This document shows positions 58,650-64,000 of a stretch of DNA of 64,000 bases, one piece after another. The DNA is from Candidatus Sericytochromatia bacterium (GTDB taxonomy: Bacteria; Cyanobacteriota; Sericytochromatia; S15B-MN24; UBA4093), in NCBI GenBank assembly GCA_036676495.1, contig JAKFCT010000010.1, positions 55,939 to 119,938 of the forward strand. The letters are read 5' to 3'. Made by a program: the position numbers and the translations under genes. The notes beneath the pieces are model-generated. The model saw only the letters and a program-made list of their open reading frames with translations, did not search any database and had not been told where the DNA came from. Each line of letters opens with the position of its first letter. Positions within the stretch are counted from its first letter, which is position 1.

Positions 58650-59564
58650 ATGCGCAATGGCGAGCGCGGCTGGCGGGCGGGAATCGTAGCCGGGGCCCTG
58701 GGGCTCTGGGCGGTGGCGTGCGGGTCGCCTCCCTCAGGCGAGACGGGGCCTTACCGCGTGCATCCCAGCCCCGAGGCGAGCCCTGGAAGGGCAGCCTCGC
58801 CTGGCGCTCCGCGCATGTCCCCGCCGCCGGAGACGGCCCTGCCGGCTCCCTATCCGTACCCGACCCCGGAGCTTCCGGAGGCCGAGCCCTTCGAGGCCGT
58901 TGGCATGGTGCTGCTGCGCGGAGCGCCGCTAGCGGGCATCACGCTCAGCGTCGTGAACAACCAAACGTTTCGCAACGTGCTGGTCAAGACGGACGCGCAG
59001 GGGGTCTTCCGAGCCACGGGGCTGGCGTCCGGCTCTTATTTCGTCCACTACTACAACGACCGGGACAACTTCAAGATCGGGTACTGGAAGACCCAGGTGC
59101 GGCCGGTCAACGCGGCTTACGGGGCGCGCTACCCGGCCTTCGACCTCTACCTGATCGGGATGCAGAACACGCCGGGGATGGGGGAGTCGACCGTGCTGCC
59201 GGCGCGCTTCGCGTGGGAGCCCTATCCCCTGGCGCTGCGCTACCGCTTCCGGGTGCATAACCGCGGCGGGCCGAGCGGGAAGCCCTACTACGTCTCGAAC
59301 TGGCTGGCGCCGGACGTGAGCGCGTTCGCGTACGACGGGACCATCAACCAAGCAGGCATGGGAGAGGGCCGGCTGGGGGCTGGACGGTACCTCTGGGGCG
59401 TCTACTGGGATGCGGGGCAAGCGGGGGAAGGGGGAAACCTCTACCAGGACTTCGTCGTCCGGTCCCGACCCGAGCCTAGCGAGCCTCCTCCCGCGCCGGA
59501 GCCCCAGGAGGAGGAACCCCCGGCCAGTTGGCCGGGGGAACTCGAGGCCCTTCGAGGGCGCTAG
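58650..59564 (+). CDS. putative lipoprotein with carboxypeptidase-regulatory-like domain
   Basis: AVAC lipobox, Pro-rich linker, KTDAQGVF..GL..GSY. Confidence 0.6.
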   Translation: MRNGERGWRAGIVAGALGLWAVACGSPPSGETGPYRVHPSPEASPGRAASPGAPRMSPPPETALPAPYPYPTPELPEAEPFEAVGMVLLRGAPLAGITLSVVNNQTFRNVLVKTDAQGVFRATGLASGSYFVHYYNDRDNFKIGYWKTQVRPVNAAYGARYPAFDLYLIGMQNTPGMGESTVLPARFAWEPYPLALRYRFRVHNRGGPSGKPYYVSNWLAPDVSAFAYDGTINQAGMGEGRLGAGRYLWGVYWDAGQAGEGGNLYQDFVVRSRPEPSEPPPAPEPQEEEPPASWPGELEALRGR

Positions 59565-61189
59565 TTGTGGAACTTCGTGGGGTTGACCGGGCGTCCGCCG
59601 ATCCGGACCTCGTAGTGGAGGTGGGGGCCTGAAGCCCGGCCGGTCTCGCCGACCAGGCCGATCAACTCGCCCTTCGAGACCGTGTCGCCCGGCTTGACGG
59701 TGATCTTGGAGCAGTGGGCGTAACGGGTCACGACTCCGTTGCCGTGGCTGATGTCCACGCACTTGCCGTAGTCGCCGTTCCAGCCCGCCGCGATCACGGT
59801 GCCGGCCTTGGCCGCATGGATGGGCGAGCCCTTGGGACGCGGGATGTCCACGCCATGGTGCGGGCGACCGTCACGCTCGCCGAAGTAGGACGAGACCTTT
59901 CCGGCCGTGGGCCAGATGAACTTCTTGCCGACGGCGCGGCCGAGGTCTCCGATCAGGCCGCGGCTGGCTTGCTTGAAGTCGCCGCGCTCCCGGCGCGCTT
60001 CCCGGCTGACCGGCTGGGGCTCGGCACCCGGAAGGAAGAGGGTCTGGCCTTCCCGCAGCGAGCGAGGATTGGCAATCCCGTTGGCCTCCTGGATGGCGCT
60101 GGCTTTCACGCCGTAGCGAGTGGCCAGGTGGGAAAGGCTCTCGCCCGCCCGCACCTTCACGTAGACTCCGTCGGCGGGCGGCACCTTCAAGACCTTGCCC
60201 ACCGGGAGGGTGTCCGTCGCCGAGAGATCGTTCGCGCTCGCCAGCGTCGAGGCCTTGATGCCATGCCGGCTCGCGATCTTGGAGAGGTTATCCCCCGAGC
60301 GAATCGTGTAGGTGACCGGCTCCGTGGACTTGGGCTCGGGCTTCGATTCCTCGGCATTCGGTGCGGCGGCCAGCTTCGCGGCGTCGGTCGGCGCCGGCTG
60401 CTCGGGTTTGGGAGCCAGGACGAGCGGCTCGGCAGGGACCTTGAAGGCCGTGGCCGCAGGCTTCTGGGGCTCCGCCTTCGCCGCTTCCTGGACGACGGGA
60501 ATCCGGATCTCCTGACCGACCCTCAGCGCGTGAAGGTTCTTCATGTCGTTGAAGTCGGCGAGCTCGCGGGTGGTGAGGCCGTTCCGGCGGGCGATCCGCT
60601 CCAGGGTGTCCCCCGAGCGAACCTTGACGATCTGCTCCGTGACCACGGGAGCCTGCGGCGCGGCGGGAGCCGCCTCCGCGAGGGCCGGCGCGGTATCGGT
60701 GGGCAGCTCGGCGGGAGGCTGAGGGCCAACCAGCAGGTCGGGGGTCGGAGGGGTGGCGGTCTTCTCGGTCTCCGCGACGGAGGCCTGGGCGACCGGCTCG
60801 GACGGTCCCAGCTTGCCCAGCACGGTCACGCCGACGGGGACGGCCACAGCCAGGCAAGCGGCAATCAAAAGCGGGCGACCGTAGGCATGGAAGCGGGCCT
60901 GGCGACGCCGGCGCTGCATGCGATAGGTCTCGATGGGAGAGGGGACGTTGTAGCGGATGACGCCCATGTTGCCGGAAGGGGCTTCGGGAGGTGCCTCGGG
61001 CGCCTTGGGCTGAGTCAGGGCTTCGAACCCACGGAGCAGGCGATCGCCCAGGCCGTTCTGCTTGGCATGGGATCCTAGACTGAGGCCGTTGAAGTTGATT
61101 GGCACGTACGCCTTGGGGTTCTGGGGGGCGCCATCGTACTTCAAAGTCCCGATCTCGGGGAGCGACTGCTCGGTGTTTGGTTCTAGCAC
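59561..61189 (-). CDS. M23 peptidase with three LysM domains and a TM anchor
   Basis: 3x V/IR.GD/E.L..IA; HHGVD and GPHLHYE zinc motifs. Confidence 0.92.
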   Translation of the reverse strand: MLEPNTEQSLPEIGTLKYDGAPQNPKAYVPINFNGLSLGSHAKQNGLGDRLLRGFEALTQPKAPEAPPEAPSGNMGVIRYNVPSPIETYRMQRRRRQARFHAYGRPLLIAACLAVAVPVGVTVLGKLGPSEPVAQASVAETEKTATPPTPDLLVGPQPPAELPTDTAPALAEAAPAAPQAPVVTEQIVKVRSGDTLERIARRNGLTTRELADFNDMKNLHALRVGQEIRIPVVQEAAKAEPQKPAATAFKVPAEPLVLAPKPEQPAPTDAAKLAAAPNAEESKPEPKSTEPVTYTIRSGDNLSKIASRHGIKASTLASANDLSATDTLPVGKVLKVPPADGVYVKVRAGESLSHLATRYGVKASAIQEANGIANPRSLREGQTLFLPGAEPQPVSREARRERGDFKQASRGLIGDLGRAVGKKFIWPTAGKVSSYFGERDGRPHHGVDIPRPKGSPIHAAKAGTVIAAGWNGDYGKCVDISHGNGVVTRYAHCSKITVKPGDTVSKGELIGLVGETGRASGPHLHYEVRIGGRPVNPTKFHN

Positions 61190-61232
61190 CGCTAGCCTCC
61201 TTGGATGTTAAGCAAGTTCAATAACAAGTTTT

Positions 61233-61258
61233 AAGCCCCCGGTTTGCACCGGGGGCTT
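61233..61258 (-). terminator. hairpin after rho
   Basis: aagcccccgg-tttgca-ccgggggctt. Confidence 0.65.
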
Positions 61259-61263
61259 CTGGC

Positions 61264-63213
<1,950 letters not shown>

Positions 63214-63333
63214 GAGCTTGACTCGCTTTCGGGGGTGTATTTCAGACGTCAGGGATAAAAAGAGAAGGATGGTGATACACGTCACCATCCCTCATCCTAT
63301 CACCCTCGACGCTTCGGCGTCAAGAAAGCGTGG

Positions 63334-63987
63334 TTAGCCTACCGGCTGGCCCACCTTGGCCCAATCGGCCATGAATTTCGCGATGCCGACGTCGGTCAGC
63401 GGGTGGTGGTAGAGCTGCTTGAGGATCTTGAAGGGCATGGTCGCGACGTCCGCTCCCAGCTTGGCCGCCTCGGTGACGTGCATGGGGTGCCGCACCGACG
63501 CCACCAGGATCTGGGTGTCGAAGTCGTAGTTCGTGAAGATCTCGACGATCTCGGCGATCAGGGCCATGCCGTCCTGACCCTCGTCATCCAGGCGGCCGAC
63601 GAAGGGCGAGACGTAGGTCGCGCCGGCGCGGGCGGCCAGGAGCGCCTGGTTGGCCGAGAAGACCAGGGTCACGTTGGTCTTGATGCCTTCCTCGGTCAGG
63701 GCCTTGCAAGCCTTCAGGCCCTCGATGGTCATGGGCAGCTTCACGATGACATTGGGATGCCACTTGGCGAAGCCCAGGCCCTCGCGGATCATGCCCTCGG
63801 CATCGGGGCTGACGGCCTCGGCGGAGATGGGGCCGTCGACGATCGTGCAGATCTCTTCGATGACCTGGCGGAAGTCGCGCCCTTCCTTGGCGATCAGGCT
63901 GGGATTGGTGGTGACGCCGTCCACTTGGCCCCAGCTGGCGGCCTCGCGGATCTCATCGAGATTGGCGGTGTCGAGAAAGAACTTCAT
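63334..63987 (-). CDS. fsa: transaldolase / fructose-6-phosphate aldolase family
   Basis: [38 protein letters not shown]. Confidence 0.93.
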   Translation of the reverse strand: MKFFLDTANLDEIREAASWGQVDGVTTNPSLIAKEGRDFRQVIEEICTIVDGPISAEAVSPDAEGMIREGLGFAKWHPNVIVKLPMTIEGLKACKALTEEGIKTNVTLVFSANQALLAARAGATYVSPFVGRLDDEGQDGMALIAEIVEIFTNYDFDTQILVASVRHPMHVTEAAKLGADVATMPFKILKQLYHHPLTDVGIAKFMADWAKVGQPVG

Positions 63988-64000
63988 CGGTCCTCCCTTT

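Overview
GC-rich bacterial chromosome segment. The cyanobacterial-type FtsZ and IleS, a Firmicute-like dcw gene order, the presence of rho and the absence of photosynthesis genes in this window suggest a non-photosynthetic relative of Cyanobacteria such as Ca. Sericytochromatia; this is inference only. Bases 1-13.5 kb are accessory: two paralogous APC permeases, a Sel1 protein, a hydrolase and a tautomerase, then a lower-GC island (~6.9-13.45 kb) downstream of a minus-strand tRNA-Glu(CUC). No integrase is visible in the island. It is divided into cargo segments (metallophosphoesterase | HIT, secreted protein, Zn-ribbon microprotein, SIR2 | YeeR-like) by repeated hairpin + tRNA-3'-end + arm elements whose stems show compensatory changes. 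Bases 13.6-33 kb hold mixed metabolic and regulatory genes: a LysM/EF-hand protein, YyaL, a MalT-LuxR module, kynA-kynU, SdpR/SdpI, a PLP decarboxylase and a histidine kinase. A divergent promoter pair with a LexA-type box lies between two microprotein ORFs just before rnpB, whose P12 is expanded to about 200 nt. Bases 33.8-64 kb are housekeeping: the dcw cluster (rsmH to ftsZ, without mraZ, ddl or ftsA), ileS, GNAT, pgeF, S8 protease, GDPD, LysM-M23, rho and transaldolase. All calls come from motif recognition by eye; no searches were run.
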